From: Patescibacteria group bacterium
Lineage (GTDB): Bacteria > Patescibacteriota > Patescibacteriia > UM-FILTER-42-10
DNA: 64,000 nt
NCBI GenBank assembly: GCA_041664365.1
Contig: JBAYKW010000003.1
Location: 28,696-92,695 of the forward strand
Reading direction: 5' to 3'
A model generated the notes under the pieces. The model worked only from the letters and a program-made list of their open reading frames with translations. It had not been told where the DNA came from and did not search any database. Position 1 is the stretch's first letter. Each line of letters opens with the position of its first letter. Made by a program: the position numbers and the translations under genes. Shown piece after piece: positions 9,593 through 19,644 of this stretch.

Positions 9593-10324
9593 ATGAATAA
9601 CCAAAAAGGTTTTGCCCCGGTAATGCTCGTTGGTATTATCGCAGCAGTAGTAATAATTGGGGGTGGTTTGACCTGGTATTTTTTATCTCAGGATGCCGGG
9701 GATGATCTTAACATTAATATTTCAAATACAAACACATATTCAAATGTGAACCAATCAGCGAATGCAAATGTCGCTGTATCAAATAGTAATATGCAGGCAG
9801 CGGCCGGTAAGTATGCAACAATTGATTCTACGTATGCAACTGTCAGTGCTAAGGAATTTTCCACGACAAAAATCCATGAGCCTGGTTACTATATGCTCGG
9901 ACATGTGTCAGTAAAAACAACCAGTGAGGCATCTGCTGTAGCTGCGGAGAATGTCAGTATTAATAATATGAGCGCCATGGGTACTTGTGAAACGGTCTCT
10001 AATACGTCCAATCTTGGTACTTGGATCAGTGGGAGTGAAACACAAGCATCATCAGTCGAGGTACGTGTTGAATGCCGTCCGGGTGTGATATACAATGAAG
10101 ACGATATTATTGATACTACTGGATCACATGATTCAAGCAATATACTGAAGTATGCCAATCATACATCGGCTTCAATAAACCGTATATTATCATTTAACGT
10201 AGTGGTTACATATAAGGACGGAACCACAGCCTCGACACCAATCACGGTCAGTATGGATCCGAATAAACTCATGGTAAATGATTTCGGCGCGGGAATGATT
10301 ACTGAGCCTGGGGCAACTTTCTAG
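9593..10324 (+). CDS. Family member D: same signal-anchor N-terminus with a divergent C-terminal domain
   Basis: N-terminus MNNQKGFAPVMLVGIIAAVVIIGGGLTWYF is nearly identical to member C. Confidence 0.55.
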   Translation: MNNQKGFAPVMLVGIIAAVVIIGGGLTWYFLSQDAGDDLNINISNTNTYSNVNQSANANVAVSNSNMQAAAGKYATIDSTYATVSAKEFSTTKIHEPGYYMLGHVSVKTTSEASAVAAENVSINNMSAMGTCETVSNTSNLGTWISGSETQASSVEVRVECRPGVIYNEDDIIDTTGSHDSSNILKYANHTSASINRILSFNVVVTYKDGTTASTPITVSMDPNKLMVNDFGAGMITEPGATF

Positions 10325-10335
10325 TTTTAAAAAAT

Positions 10336-10370
10336 AAAAAAGAGCTGTGAATGTCACAGTTCTTTTTTAT
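10336..10370. terminator. Bidirectional intrinsic terminator between convergent genes
   Basis: An A-run, then hairpin gagctgtga-atg-tcacagttc, then a T-run. Confidence 0.5.
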
Positions 10371-10486
10371 ATTATACTTATACATTTGTCATGCTGAACT
10401 TGATTCCCCGGCCGCCTAGCTGTCGCAAGGCAGCGGGGCAGGCAGCATCCACGGAGATTCTGAAATAAATTCAGAATGACAGTTCG

Positions 10487-11149
10487 TTATTTAATGGCGC
10501 TGATAATTACCACAAACTCGCCTTTGGTAATTTTTAAATTTTCCTGTACTTCAGTGACAGTGCCTCTTAAGAATTCTTCATAAATTTTGGTCAATTCACG
10601 AGCTACTACAATTTTTCTATCTCCTAATATATCTTTTAATTCTCCCAGCAGTTTTTCTATACGGTGCGTTGATTCATAAAAAACAATGGTTCTTTTTTCG
10701 TCTTTAAAAGAATCCAGTATTGTTTTCCTTCCTTTTTTATGTGGAAGAAATCCTAGATATACAAAAGAATCGGTCGGCACTCCTGCGGCAGAAAGCGCTG
10801 TAATAACCGCAGACGGTCCTGGGATTGGTATTACAGATATATTATTTTCTATAGCCTTTTTTATCAGAACCTGCCCGGGGTCGGATATACCGGGAGTTCC
10901 GGCGTCGGTTACTACCGCAATATTTTTATCTGCTTTCAATTCTCCGATCAGGTAATCAATTTTAGCGATCTTGCTGTGCTGATGATAACTGACCAGCGGT
11001 TTATTGATGCTATAGTGATTTAGAAGAATGGAAGTATGTCTGGTATCTTCACAAGCGATGATATCAACCGTTTTGAGTGTATTAAGAGCTCTCAGAGTGA
11101 TATCCTCCAAGTTTCCGATAGGTGTGGCAATGGTGTATAGGTTTCCCAT
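10487..11149 (-). CDS. rsmI: 16S rRNA (cytidine1402-2'-O)-methyltransferase (tetrapyrrole-methylase fold)
   Basis: N-terminus GNLYTIATPIGNLEDITLRALNTLKTVDIIACEDTRHT is diagnostic of RsmI. Confidence 0.85.
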   Translation of the reverse strand: MGNLYTIATPIGNLEDITLRALNTLKTVDIIACEDTRHTSILLNHYSINKPLVSYHQHSKIAKIDYLIGELKADKNIAVVTDAGTPGISDPGQVLIKKAIENNISVIPIPGPSAVITALSAAGVPTDSFVYLGFLPHKKGRKTILDSFKDEKRTIVFYESTHRIEKLLGELKDILGDRKIVVARELTKIYEEFLRGTVTEVQENLKITKGEFVVIISAIK

Positions 11150-11177
11150 AGCGAATTAATTATATCATTTTCCAATC

Positions 11178-11212
11178 AAAAAAGCGCCCCGGATATCGGA
11201 GCGCCTTTAAAG
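11178..11212 (-). terminator. Intrinsic terminator downstream of the M23 peptidase gene
   Basis: The minus strand reads GGCGCTCCGATATCCGGGGCGC followed by TTTTTTG. Confidence 0.5.
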
Positions 11213-11213
11213 T

Positions 11214-12452
11214 TTATAAGTAACTTAGGGGGTTCTGTTTCCTGCCGTTAACGATCACTTCAAAGTGTAAATGATTTCCGGTGCACCATCCAGTACAGCC
11301 CATCATACCTAGCGTTTGGCCTCTGCTGACATTATCACCGACACTAACCGCTATTTTACTGAAATGGCCGTAAAGCGTCTGCATACCGTTACCATGGTCA
11401 ATCATCACCATAAGCCCGTACCCGCCTGACCACCCGGCAGCTGTAACGCGTCCGGTATCGGCGGCATAGTTCGGTGACGTGGTGTCACCGTCAATATCAA
11501 TGCCGGTATGTCGCCAACCGTAATACTGATTAATGCGACGGCTCGGTGTTGGCCATTGTAGTTTTGTTCCATAGGTCGGAGTTGCGTCAGCCGGTACAAA
11601 GAAATTAGAAACAGAAGCAAAACGGGATGTCGGCTGGACAACCGGTGCCGGCGGTGCCGGCGGTTCTCCGCCCGGCAAGATAATAATCTGATCTTTGGAA
11701 ATTGCTTCAGCGGAAGCCAGTTGGTTGTATTCAACTATTTCACTTGCTTCAGCCTCGTATTTTTCCGCTATTTTATCCAGGGTATCGCCGGATTTAACCT
11801 GATAGGAAATTCCGGAGACCGGCAGGATTGTTAATTTTTGACCGGGCTTAATAAAATCTCTGGCACCAAGTTTGTTTTCCCAAAGAATTGTGTTGGTAGA
11901 AATATCATATTGTGATGCAATATCGCTGACTGTCTCTCCACCCTGGACTTCATGATAGACCACTGATTCGCGGACCCGATCACCGATCGTAGTGGCAATC
12001 AGATTTGGTTTGACAATTGCTCCTTCAGCGGTGATGGATGCACTGTCTACAATCATAGTTTCATCATTCCCGAAATATTGGGAGCTTGCAACGCTTCCGG
12101 TTGTGTCCGCAAACATGGAATTATTATCAATTGTTGTGTCCGATGTTTCTACAAATAATTCTTCACCCTGCGGTTGAATGAGAGAAGCAAGAATATTATT
12201 TTGCCCGACCTCTGAATTCAGTTCCTTGGCATTCAAATTGTTGGTGGTAACGATAATTGTCAAAAGGATTATTAATGCATGGACAACGTATCTGGTGGTG
12301 AGCGAATAGAGCAGCTTTCCTTTAGCCGGACGGTAGATTGAGCCCAGCTGTGATTTCACTGTCAGATACACTTTATACATTCTCACAATCAGGAAATAGA
12401 ATATGAAGTTTCCTATTTTTTGTAGCGGAACAACAATCAGATATTTACCCAA
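11214..12452 (-). CDS. Secreted or membrane-anchored peptidoglycan hydrolase: two LysM domains plus an M23 (LytM) metallopeptidase
   Basis: LysM motifs (ETVSDIASQYDIS, DTLDKIAEKYEAEASEIVEYNQL). M23 HxxxD/HxH motifs HTGIDIDG ... GCTGWCTGNHLHFEV. Confidence 0.85.
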   Translation of the reverse strand: MGKYLIVVPLQKIGNFIFYFLIVRMYKVYLTVKSQLGSIYRPAKGKLLYSLTTRYVVHALIILLTIIVTTNNLNAKELNSEVGQNNILASLIQPQGEELFVETSDTTIDNNSMFADTTGSVASSQYFGNDETMIVDSASITAEGAIVKPNLIATTIGDRVRESVVYHEVQGGETVSDIASQYDISTNTILWENKLGARDFIKPGQKLTILPVSGISYQVKSGDTLDKIAEKYEAEASEIVEYNQLASAEAISKDQIIILPGGEPPAPPAPVVQPTSRFASVSNFFVPADATPTYGTKLQWPTPSRRINQYYGWRHTGIDIDGDTTSPNYAADTGRVTAAGWSGGYGLMVMIDHGNGMQTLYGHFSKIAVSVGDNVSRGQTLGMMGCTGWCTGNHLHFEVIVNGRKQNPLSYL

Positions 12453-12833
12453 AAAGAAAAGTGCTCTCTTCAGGTAGATAAGACCTTTTAAGAAAATTAC
12501 CAGTATATGACTAAGTGTTTTTTTAATTTGAATACTAATTGATTTCTCCCAAATTAAAAGCCATGTTCTATGGTTAGAAGATAGCTATTAGTTGTTTTAG
12601 TATTTCATAATATATTACCTAAACCAAGGTTTCAGTATCCAACAATTTAGGATACTCAATAAGCTATCATGGCTACTTTCATTTGTCAAATTTTTTTTCT
12701 AAAATAATCTGAAATAACGGCTAAAATTAGCCAAAAAAAATGGCAGATTTCGCAGATTACCCCCATTTTATCTGGGTTTTGTGAATTCCATTATGTCCGG
12801 AAAGGTGGTAAAATACCGTAAACAGGGGCTTAA

Positions 12834-15800
12834 ATGACTTTAATGGGAATGAATAATAGCATGCCGGAAGCAGAAAAATACGATCATCAATCGATTGAGA
12901 AAAAATGGCAGGAAAAGTGGGAGCAGGAAGGTCTTTATGAGACGAAAGACGACACCAAAAAGGACAAATTCTACTGTTTGATTGAATTTCCGTATCCGTC
13001 AGCGGAGGGATTGCACGTCGGACACCCGCGCAGTTACACGGCGCTCGACATTGTTGCGCGCAAAAAACGCATGGAAGGCAATAACGTCCTGTTTCCTATT
13101 GGTTTCGATGCATTCGGCCTGCCGACGGAAAATTATGCAATCAAAGTCAAAAAAAATCCGGCTGATATCACGGATGAGAATATCGGACGCTTCCGCAAGC
13201 AGTTAAAATCCCTGGGGCTTTCCTTTGATTGGTCCAGAGAAGTAGTAACTACTGATCCGGAATATTATAAATGGACGCAGTGGATTTTTATAAAGCTTTT
13301 CAAGGCAGGTCTGGTCTATCAAGCGGAGATGCCGATTAATTGGTGTCCTTCCTGCAAGATCGGACTAGCCAATGAAGAGGTGGTGAACGGCAAGTGCGAA
13401 CGCTGTGGTACTGAAGTAACCAAAAAGAACTTGAAACAATGGATGTTTAAAATAACTCAGTATGCCCAGCGCCTGATTGACGATCTGGATACGGTGGATT
13501 ATCTGGAAAAAATAAAATCTCAGCAGATTAACTGGATCGGCCGTTCAGAAGGCGCACGGGTTCAATTTAAATTAAAAAATTCTAAATATCACGTAGAAGT
13601 TTTTACCACCCGGCCGGACACAATATTTGGTGCAACCTATTTAGTGCTGGCACCGGAACATGAACTGGTGGAGAAATTGAAACCGGAAATTTCTAATGTC
13701 AAAGAGCTGGAGAAATATATTAATGCTTCTCAGAATAAAAGCGATTTAGAAAGAACAGATCTGGCTAAAGACAAAACCGGGGTTGAATTGAAAGGAATTA
13801 AAGCGATCAATCCGGCTAGTGGTGAAGAGATTCCGGTTTGGGTTGCGGATTATGTTTTGACGGGATACGGTACCGGCGCGATTATGGCTGTGCCGGCGCA
13901 TGATTTAAGAGATTTCGAGTTTGCTAATAGATTCAATCTAGATATAAGGTGTGTTATTAATCCAGACAAAAAAGATCTAAACCCGTCAAATATAATAAAT
14001 TCTTCTTTTAAATTCCATGAATCAAAACATCCAGAAGTCACTCTTACACTTACTCAATGGTTAGGACGTGAATGGGATCCAAAAACAGAGCATCAAGAGC
14101 TTTTGATAGGCAATAGATGTTATGTCGGCGAAGGCAAGATGATCAACTCTGGTGAGTTTAATGGTATAGATTCGCAGGCAGGAATCAAAAAAATTACAGT
14201 TTGGTTAGAAAAATTAGGTAATGGAAAAAAAGAAGTTAACTACAAACTGCGTGATTGGATATTTTCCCGTCAGCATTATTGGGGTGAGCCGATACCACTA
14301 ATTCATTGTGAACAATGCAAGAAAAAAGATAAAAAAACAGTGCTAATCATCCACGGAACCGGGGGTTACGGCAGAAATAACTGGTACGGCTGGCTGGCCG
14401 ACGAGCTGGAAAAAATGGGCCACGAGGTTATTGCTCCTGACATGCCTGAACCTTTTGAGCCTGTTTTGGAGAAATGGCTTAAAGTTTTGGATAAATATAC
14501 TGACAGGCTCAATGAAAATTCAGTGGTAATTGGACATTCTTTGGGCGGTCCTGCCGCGTTGCATTTTGTTGCCAATCTGAATAAAAAAATTGGCAAGCTT
14601 ATTTTAGTTGCTCCGACCTATCGTGATATGGACTGGGAAGATTATGCGAAAAAGCATCCCGATGATCCGGTGGAATATCAGCATAAATTCAACCAGCCGG
14701 AGATTCTCTATAAATCAGTACATAATAATACGGAAAAAATAGTATATTATTATTCTGATAATGATTTTTATATTCCGAGTACAGTTCCTGAACATTACAA
14801 AAAAGTTTTAAAGGCAGACTTCAGAATGTTAAAAAGTAGAAATCATTTTTCAATATCTCAAGGTGGAGCATTTACTTTTCCAGAAATATTTGAAGAAATA
14901 ATGGAAGGAAAAAAGACAGCGGTCGGAATCGTTCCGGTGCCGGAAAAAGATCTGCCTCTAGAACTGCCGAAAGTAAAAAATTATGAACCGACGGAAACCG
15001 GCGAATCACCTCTGGCGGGAATTACAGATTGGGTTAATACCATTTGTCCTAAATGTGGTGGTCCCGCAAAAAGAGAGACAGATACCATGCCGAACTGGGC
15101 GGGTTCCAGCTGGTATTTTCTGCGCTATACTGATCCACATAACGACAAGGAATTTGCTTCACAAAAAGCATTGAAGTACTGGCTACCGGTGGATCTGTAT
15201 AACGGTGGGATGGAACATACTACTTTGCATCTTCTGTATTCCCGATTCTGGCACAAAGCGCTTTATGATTTGAAACTGGTGCCGACTCCGGAGCCATATC
15301 AAAAAAGGATTTCCCACGGCATGGTTCTGGCGGAAGACGGAAAGAAGATGTCCAAGTCGCTGGGCAATGTGATCAATCCTGACGATGTAGTTAAAGAGTA
15401 CGGCGCGGACACTCTGCGAATGTATGAAATGTTTATGGGACCGTTTGCCGAAGCGATCCCTTGGGACACGAAGGGGATTGTTGGTGTAAGAAGATTTTTG
15501 GATAAGGTTTATTTATTAGGGGATAGGGTTAAGGGATTAGGGGTGAGGGGTGGGGGTGTTGATGAAAAGACAAAGAGTCTGCTCCACAAAACAATCAAAA
15601 AGGTAACGGAAGACATCGATGAATTCCGGTTTAATACTGCTGTTTCTGCTTTAATGATTTTGGTTAATGAAATGCAGGGAGAAAATAAAGTTGATAAAAG
15701 TACCATGGAAAAACTGTTACTGATATTATCTCCATTCGCCCCGCATTTAACTGAAGAGTTATGGATAAAGCTTGGAAACAATAAATCTATCCATTCGGAA

Positions 15801-16028
15801 TCCTGGCCGAAATTTAACGCAATACTGGTTAAAGATCAGAAAATCGAATTCGTCATACAAATCAACGGCAAACTCAAGGATAAAAGTCTGATGCCGGCTG
15901 ACGCTACAGAGGAAGATGTGATACAATATGTAGAGCAAAGTAGTAAAATTCAGAAACTGATTGCAAATAAGCAAGTCATCAAAAAAATATTTGTACCGGG
16001 CAAGCTGTTAAATATTGTGGTCAAATAA
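12834..16028 (+). CDS. leuS: Leucyl-tRNA synthetase carrying an inserted YdeN/RBBP9-type serine hydrolase domain of about 200 aa
   Basis: HIGH (HVGHPRSY), editing CP1 domain (TTRPDTIFGATYLVLAPEH), KMSKS (KKMSKSLGN). The insertion lies between IHCEQC and GIVPVPEKDLPLELP (about nt 14318-14924) and carries the IIHG..GHSLGG..SDND..NHF catalytic-triad motifs. Confidence 0.9.
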   Translation: MTLMGMNNSMPEAEKYDHQSIEKKWQEKWEQEGLYETKDDTKKDKFYCLIEFPYPSAEGLHVGHPRSYTALDIVARKKRMEGNNVLFPIGFDAFGLPTENYAIKVKKNPADITDENIGRFRKQLKSLGLSFDWSREVVTTDPEYYKWTQWIFIKLFKAGLVYQAEMPINWCPSCKIGLANEEVVNGKCERCGTEVTKKNLKQWMFKITQYAQRLIDDLDTVDYLEKIKSQQINWIGRSEGARVQFKLKNSKYHVEVFTTRPDTIFGATYLVLAPEHELVEKLKPEISNVKELEKYINASQNKSDLERTDLAKDKTGVELKGIKAINPASGEEIPVWVADYVLTGYGTGAIMAVPAHDLRDFEFANRFNLDIRCVINPDKKDLNPSNIINSSFKFHESKHPEVTLTLTQWLGREWDPKTEHQELLIGNRCYVGEGKMINSGEFNGIDSQAGIKKITVWLEKLGNGKKEVNYKLRDWIFSRQHYWGEPIPLIHCEQCKKKDKKTVLIIHGTGGYGRNNWYGWLADELEKMGHEVIAPDMPEPFEPVLEKWLKVLDKYTDRLNENSVVIGHSLGGPAALHFVANLNKKIGKLILVAPTYRDMDWEDYAKKHPDDPVEYQHKFNQPEILYKSVHNNTEKIVYYYSDNDFYIPSTVPEHYKKVLKADFRMLKSRNHFSISQGGAFTFPEIFEEIMEGKKTAVGIVPVPEKDLPLELPKVKNYEPTETGESPLAGITDWVNTICPKCGGPAKRETDTMPNWAGSSWYFLRYTDPHNDKEFASQKALKYWLPVDLYNGGMEHTTLHLLYSRFWHKALYDLKLVPTPEPYQKRISHGMVLAEDGKKMSKSLGNVINPDDVVKEYGADTLRMYEMFMGPFAEAIPWDTKGIVGVRRFLDKVYLLGDRVKGLGVRGGGVDEKTKSLLHKTIKKVTEDIDEFRFNTAVSALMILVNEMQGENKVDKSTMEKLLLILSPFAPHLTEELWIKLGNNKSIHSESWPKFNAILVKDQKIEFVIQINGKLKDKSLMPADATEEDVIQYVEQSSKIQKLIANKQVIKKIFVPGKLLNIVVK

Positions 16029-16029
16029 G

Positions 16030-17193
16030 ATGAGCGGATTTTTTTCAAAATTCTATCTGAAGAGTGAACTTTCTTCAGGGGTAATTTCGCTGTATATGAA
16101 TCGGGTGATTCTGCAGGTGGCGAACGGAATGCTCGGGCTTTTTTTGCCCGTTTTTCTTTATCTGGTTTATGACCAGAATATCTATTATGTAATTGCCAAC
16201 TTTCTCATAGGCTATCTGGCCTATTTTTTTATGTGTCCGATTGGAGCCAAAGTTATGTCCAGGATCAATCTGAAAAAGACACTCATTTTGAGTATCCCTT
16301 TCTTAGTTTTACATTATATTTGTTATTACTATTTTGAAACCAACATTCTTTTATTCACTGTTTTATCAATAGTTTTCCTGACAATTTACCGGATGTTTTA
16401 TTGGGTCCCATATCACACTGACTTTGCCGAATTCACGGATCGGCGCAACCGGGGAAAACAGATCAGCTTTCTGGCGGCAATCGCATCGCTAGTCAGCATC
16501 GCTGTTCCGTTTACCGGGGGGTTTATTTTGGACCAGTTTAATTTTCAAATACTGTTTGTAGTTGTAATTATTTTAATTTCATTGTCACTAATCCCTTTTC
16601 TTCTAACCAGGGCGGTCTATGAAAAGTACAGCTTCGGATATTTTGAAACATTCAAAAAACTTTTCCATAAAAAAAACCGGAGGATGCTTTTAGCCTATGG
16701 AGCAGATGGTGCGGAAAATTCAGTCGGAGTAGTATTGTGGCCGATCTTTGTCTGGCAAATTTTAGACGGAAAATATCTGGTGATCGGAATTATTTCCTCG
16801 ATCGTTGTATTGTTAACAATTATTATCCAGTTGAGTATGGGAAAGTTCACGGACCAGATGCGCAAGAAGAAACTGATGCGTACCGGCTCTATTCTTTATG
16901 CGGTTGGCTGGCTGATCAAAACTTTTGTTACTACCGGTTTCCAAATTTTTATCGCGTCGACATACCACAGTTTTGCAACGATTGTCATGCGCACTCCGTT
17001 TGATGCGCTAATGTACGAAAAAGCGGCTGATTCCGGTCATTATGTTGATGAATATACTGTATTGCGGGAAATGGCTATCAGTTTAGGACGGGTTATTATA
17101 CTGGGCTTTATGCTCTTGGCAATCGCCTTTGGTGGTATGGGTTTAGCTTTCCCGCTGGCTGCCTTGGTATCATTATTTATTAATGTATTATAG
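16030..17193 (+). CDS. Polytopic membrane protein of about 11-12 TM segments, probably an MFS-type transporter
   Basis: Hydropathy pattern only. The start overlaps the leuS stop. Confidence 0.5.
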   Translation: MSGFFSKFYLKSELSSGVISLYMNRVILQVANGMLGLFLPVFLYLVYDQNIYYVIANFLIGYLAYFFMCPIGAKVMSRINLKKTLILSIPFLVLHYICYYYFETNILLFTVLSIVFLTIYRMFYWVPYHTDFAEFTDRRNRGKQISFLAAIASLVSIAVPFTGGFILDQFNFQILFVVVIILISLSLIPFLLTRAVYEKYSFGYFETFKKLFHKKNRRMLLAYGADGAENSVGVVLWPIFVWQILDGKYLVIGIISSIVVLLTIIIQLSMGKFTDQMRKKKLMRTGSILYAVGWLIKTFVTTGFQIFIASTYHSFATIVMRTPFDALMYEKAADSGHYVDEYTVLREMAISLGRVIILGFMLLAIAFGGMGLAFPLAALVSLFINVL

Positions 17194-17199
17194 ATACTC

Positions 17200-17811
17200 A
17201 TGGAGAAATATTTCCTTAAAAGTAAGAAGCTCACTAATCAAGATTTAAAAAGAATTATTTCCCTCCTGAAAGCGGGGGGGATAATTATTTATCCTACTGA
17301 AACGGCCTACGCGATTGGCGGTGACGCATGTAATATTGAAGTAATCAAAAAAATATATTCAATTAAAAAAAGATCAGCTAAACTTCCACTGCCGGTTATC
17401 GTGGGCAGTATGTTGCAGGCAAAAAAATTTGTAACATTTGATTCTGTTTCCCTTAAACTGGCAAAAAAATATTGGCCGGGAGCTTTGACATTAATTTTGA
17501 AGAAGAAAAATAATATCCCCTCTCTTCTGACAGCAGGAAAACGGAATTTGGCGCTGAGAGTATCCGGAAATTTGATTGCACAATCAATTGCATTAGGATT
17601 AGGTGGTCCTTTGATCAGTACCAGTGCCAACAGTTCCAAAGAAAAAGAATGTTATTCCATAAGTATGGTCAGAAAACAGATTTCTAATTTAAACGGACTG
17701 GTTTCAGTAATTATTGATGCTGGTAAATTGCCGAGTGTTGTGCCGTCAACAATTGCACAAATTAAATCAAACAAAATAGTGACATTAAGAAAAGGAAACA
17801 TTACATTTTAG
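17200..17811 (+). CDS. tsaC: L-threonylcarbamoyladenylate synthase (YrdC/Sua5 domain)
   Basis: GGIIIYPTETAYAIGGDA, KKRSAKLPLPVIVGS, YWPGALTLIL. Confidence 0.8.
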   Translation: MEKYFLKSKKLTNQDLKRIISLLKAGGIIIYPTETAYAIGGDACNIEVIKKIYSIKKRSAKLPLPVIVGSMLQAKKFVTFDSVSLKLAKKYWPGALTLILKKKNNIPSLLTAGKRNLALRVSGNLIAQSIALGLGGPLISTSANSSKEKECYSISMVRKQISNLNGLVSVIIDAGKLPSVVPSTIAQIKSNKIVTLRKGNITF

Positions 17812-17828
17812 TATTAAATAAACCGATT

Positions 17829-18701
17829 TTGAACAGTCTTGAAGCCGAAATAAAATACCTGACAAAAAATTACGGGATCCACCCGCAACGCGAGAGCGGT
17901 CAGAACTTTCTGATTGATGAAGATGTCCTGGATGCGATCGTAGAATCAGCACAGCTTAAACCTGACGATAACGTCTTGGAGATTGGCGCAGGATTTGGTC
18001 CGTTGACTAAAAAGCTCGCAGAAAAAGTGCAAAAAGTATGGGCGGTTGAGCTGGAAAAAAGATTTATCCCTGCATTAAACAAATTGGGAAAATCATATTC
18101 CTCAATTGAAATAATTCATCAGGACATTATTAAAACTGAAATAAGCAAACTGGTTGGTAAGAAGCAATACAGAATTGTGGCGAATATTCCGTACAATATA
18201 ACATCCTATGTACTCAGAAAATTTTTAGAACAGGACCCGAAGCCAAAAACAATGACAGTCTTGATTCAAAAAGAAGTAGCAGAAAGGATTACCGCTGAGC
18301 CTGGTGCGCTCAGTCTATTGGCTGTTTCTATTCAATATTTTGGCAATCCGCATATTGTGAGAGAAGTTACGAAGGAATGTTTTTGGCCAGAGCCCAAAGT
18401 GGATAGTGCGGTAATCATGATCGATGGGATAAAGACTGATAGCCAAATTCAGGAGGAAAACAGGAAAAATGGCTATAAATTCAGCCAAAAACAGTTTTTT
18501 CAGGTTGTAAAAGCCGGTTTTTCCGCCAAACGTAAGCAAATTCACAATAATCTTACTAATAGTTTCCACACAAACGCTGATATTATCAGGCAAATACTGG
18601 TAGAATGCGATATAAAGCCAGAACTGAGGCCTCAAGATATCCAAATAAACAGCTGGAAAATGATAACAAATGCCCTTATAAATAAGGATATTATTAATTA
18701 A
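17829..18701 (+). CDS. rsmA: 16S rRNA (adenine1518/1519-N6)-dimethyltransferase
   Basis: GQNFLIDEDVLDAIV, SAM motif LEIGAGFGPLT, ANIPYNITS. Confidence 0.9.
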   Translation: MNSLEAEIKYLTKNYGIHPQRESGQNFLIDEDVLDAIVESAQLKPDDNVLEIGAGFGPLTKKLAEKVQKVWAVELEKRFIPALNKLGKSYSSIEIIHQDIIKTEISKLVGKKQYRIVANIPYNITSYVLRKFLEQDPKPKTMTVLIQKEVAERITAEPGALSLLAVSIQYFGNPHIVREVTKECFWPEPKVDSAVIMIDGIKTDSQIQEENRKNGYKFSQKQFFQVVKAGFSAKRKQIHNNLTNSFHTNADIIRQILVECDIKPELRPQDIQINSWKMITNALINKDIIN

Positions 18702-18744
18702 TAGACAATAATTAGAATTATCGTTATTATATGGGTATAGCAGT

Positions 18745-19611
18745 TTGACACATTGGGGTTATTATGATATAATTGAGGCGCATATTTTTGAGCTATTTTA
18801 CACTCTAAGAAGAGTTATGGATATAGTCTCATCCCAGGAAAATAAAGATAAAAAGACACAAATAGATTCGCGAAAAAGGCAGAATATTATATTTGGAGCG
18901 CTTTTGTTTGTGGGATCTAGTGCTTTAATTCTAGGTATTTTCCAAATTTCGAAAACTATTACTTCCCCCCTCGCCGGATCCGATTATCAGGACGTTGATG
19001 ACAGTACATTGGTAAATGATGATCCTGACTACCAACAGTTGGTTTTTCTTAAAGGAAAAGATACGGATCAAGACGGATTAAATGATTATGATGAGCTCAA
19101 TATATACGAAACCAGCCCGTATGTTGCGGATTCAGACAGTGATAATATCTCAGACAAAGAAGAACTGGACAGTGGTAATGATCCGAACTGCCCGAAAGGA
19201 AAAACATGTGTAATCACAACGGCTGAAACAGATCCGACAGCAAACAGCAATAATAATTCCGGAGCAACAGCGCCTGAAATATCGTCTGCAGAACTGAGGG
19301 CCACATTGAAAGAGATCGGCGCACCGGCAAATATCGTTGATGCAATGGATGATGCGACACTAAGATCAGTCTATCAGGAAACTGTTATTGATACCGGCAT
19401 AGATTTGGATGATCTGACCGGGAACACAAATAGCGGGGCGCCTACTGAGTCAGCAGGACAGGAAATAACGGTGGATGCTTTGCAGAAGCTGGATGCCGCG
19501 CAGATCAGGCAACTGCTGATCAGCAGTGGAATCAGTGAGTCCGAACTAAGTCAGGTGGATGACGAAACTTTAGTGCTTTTATACTCGCAAGTTTTACAGG
19601 AACAATTATAA
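18745..19611 (+). CDS. Membrane-anchored protein with thrombospondin type-3-like Ca-binding Asp-rich repeats
   Basis: TM segment IIFGALLFVGSSALILGIF; DTDQDGLNDYDELNIYETSPYVADSDSDNISDKEELDSGNDPNCP. The start may instead be the internal Met at 18817. Confidence 0.5.
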   Translation: MTHWGYYDIIEAHIFELFYTLRRVMDIVSSQENKDKKTQIDSRKRQNIIFGALLFVGSSALILGIFQISKTITSPLAGSDYQDVDDSTLVNDDPDYQQLVFLKGKDTDQDGLNDYDELNIYETSPYVADSDSDNISDKEELDSGNDPNCPKGKTCVITTAETDPTANSNNNSGATAPEISSAELRATLKEIGAPANIVDAMDDATLRSVYQETVIDTGIDLDDLTGNTNSGAPTESAGQEITVDALQKLDAAQIRQLLISSGISESELSQVDDETLVLLYSQVLQEQL

Positions 19612-19644
19612 TTTTCCAGGTTTTAATTATTACAACCAAGTAAT

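Noticed and set aside
12714-12732. GGCTAAAATTAGCC hairpin followed by A8 as a terminator for the minus-strand M23 peptidase gene
   Set aside because: It sits upstream of the peptidase start, not downstream. On the minus strand the T-run precedes the hairpin rather than follows it. It is better explained as a repeated operator-like motif.
12453-12833. Possible T-box riboswitch leader upstream of leuS
   Set aside because: The conserved T-box sequence AAnnnGGGTGGnACCGCG was not found. aaggtggtaaaataccg is only a weak resemblance, and no specifier or antiterminator architecture is apparent.
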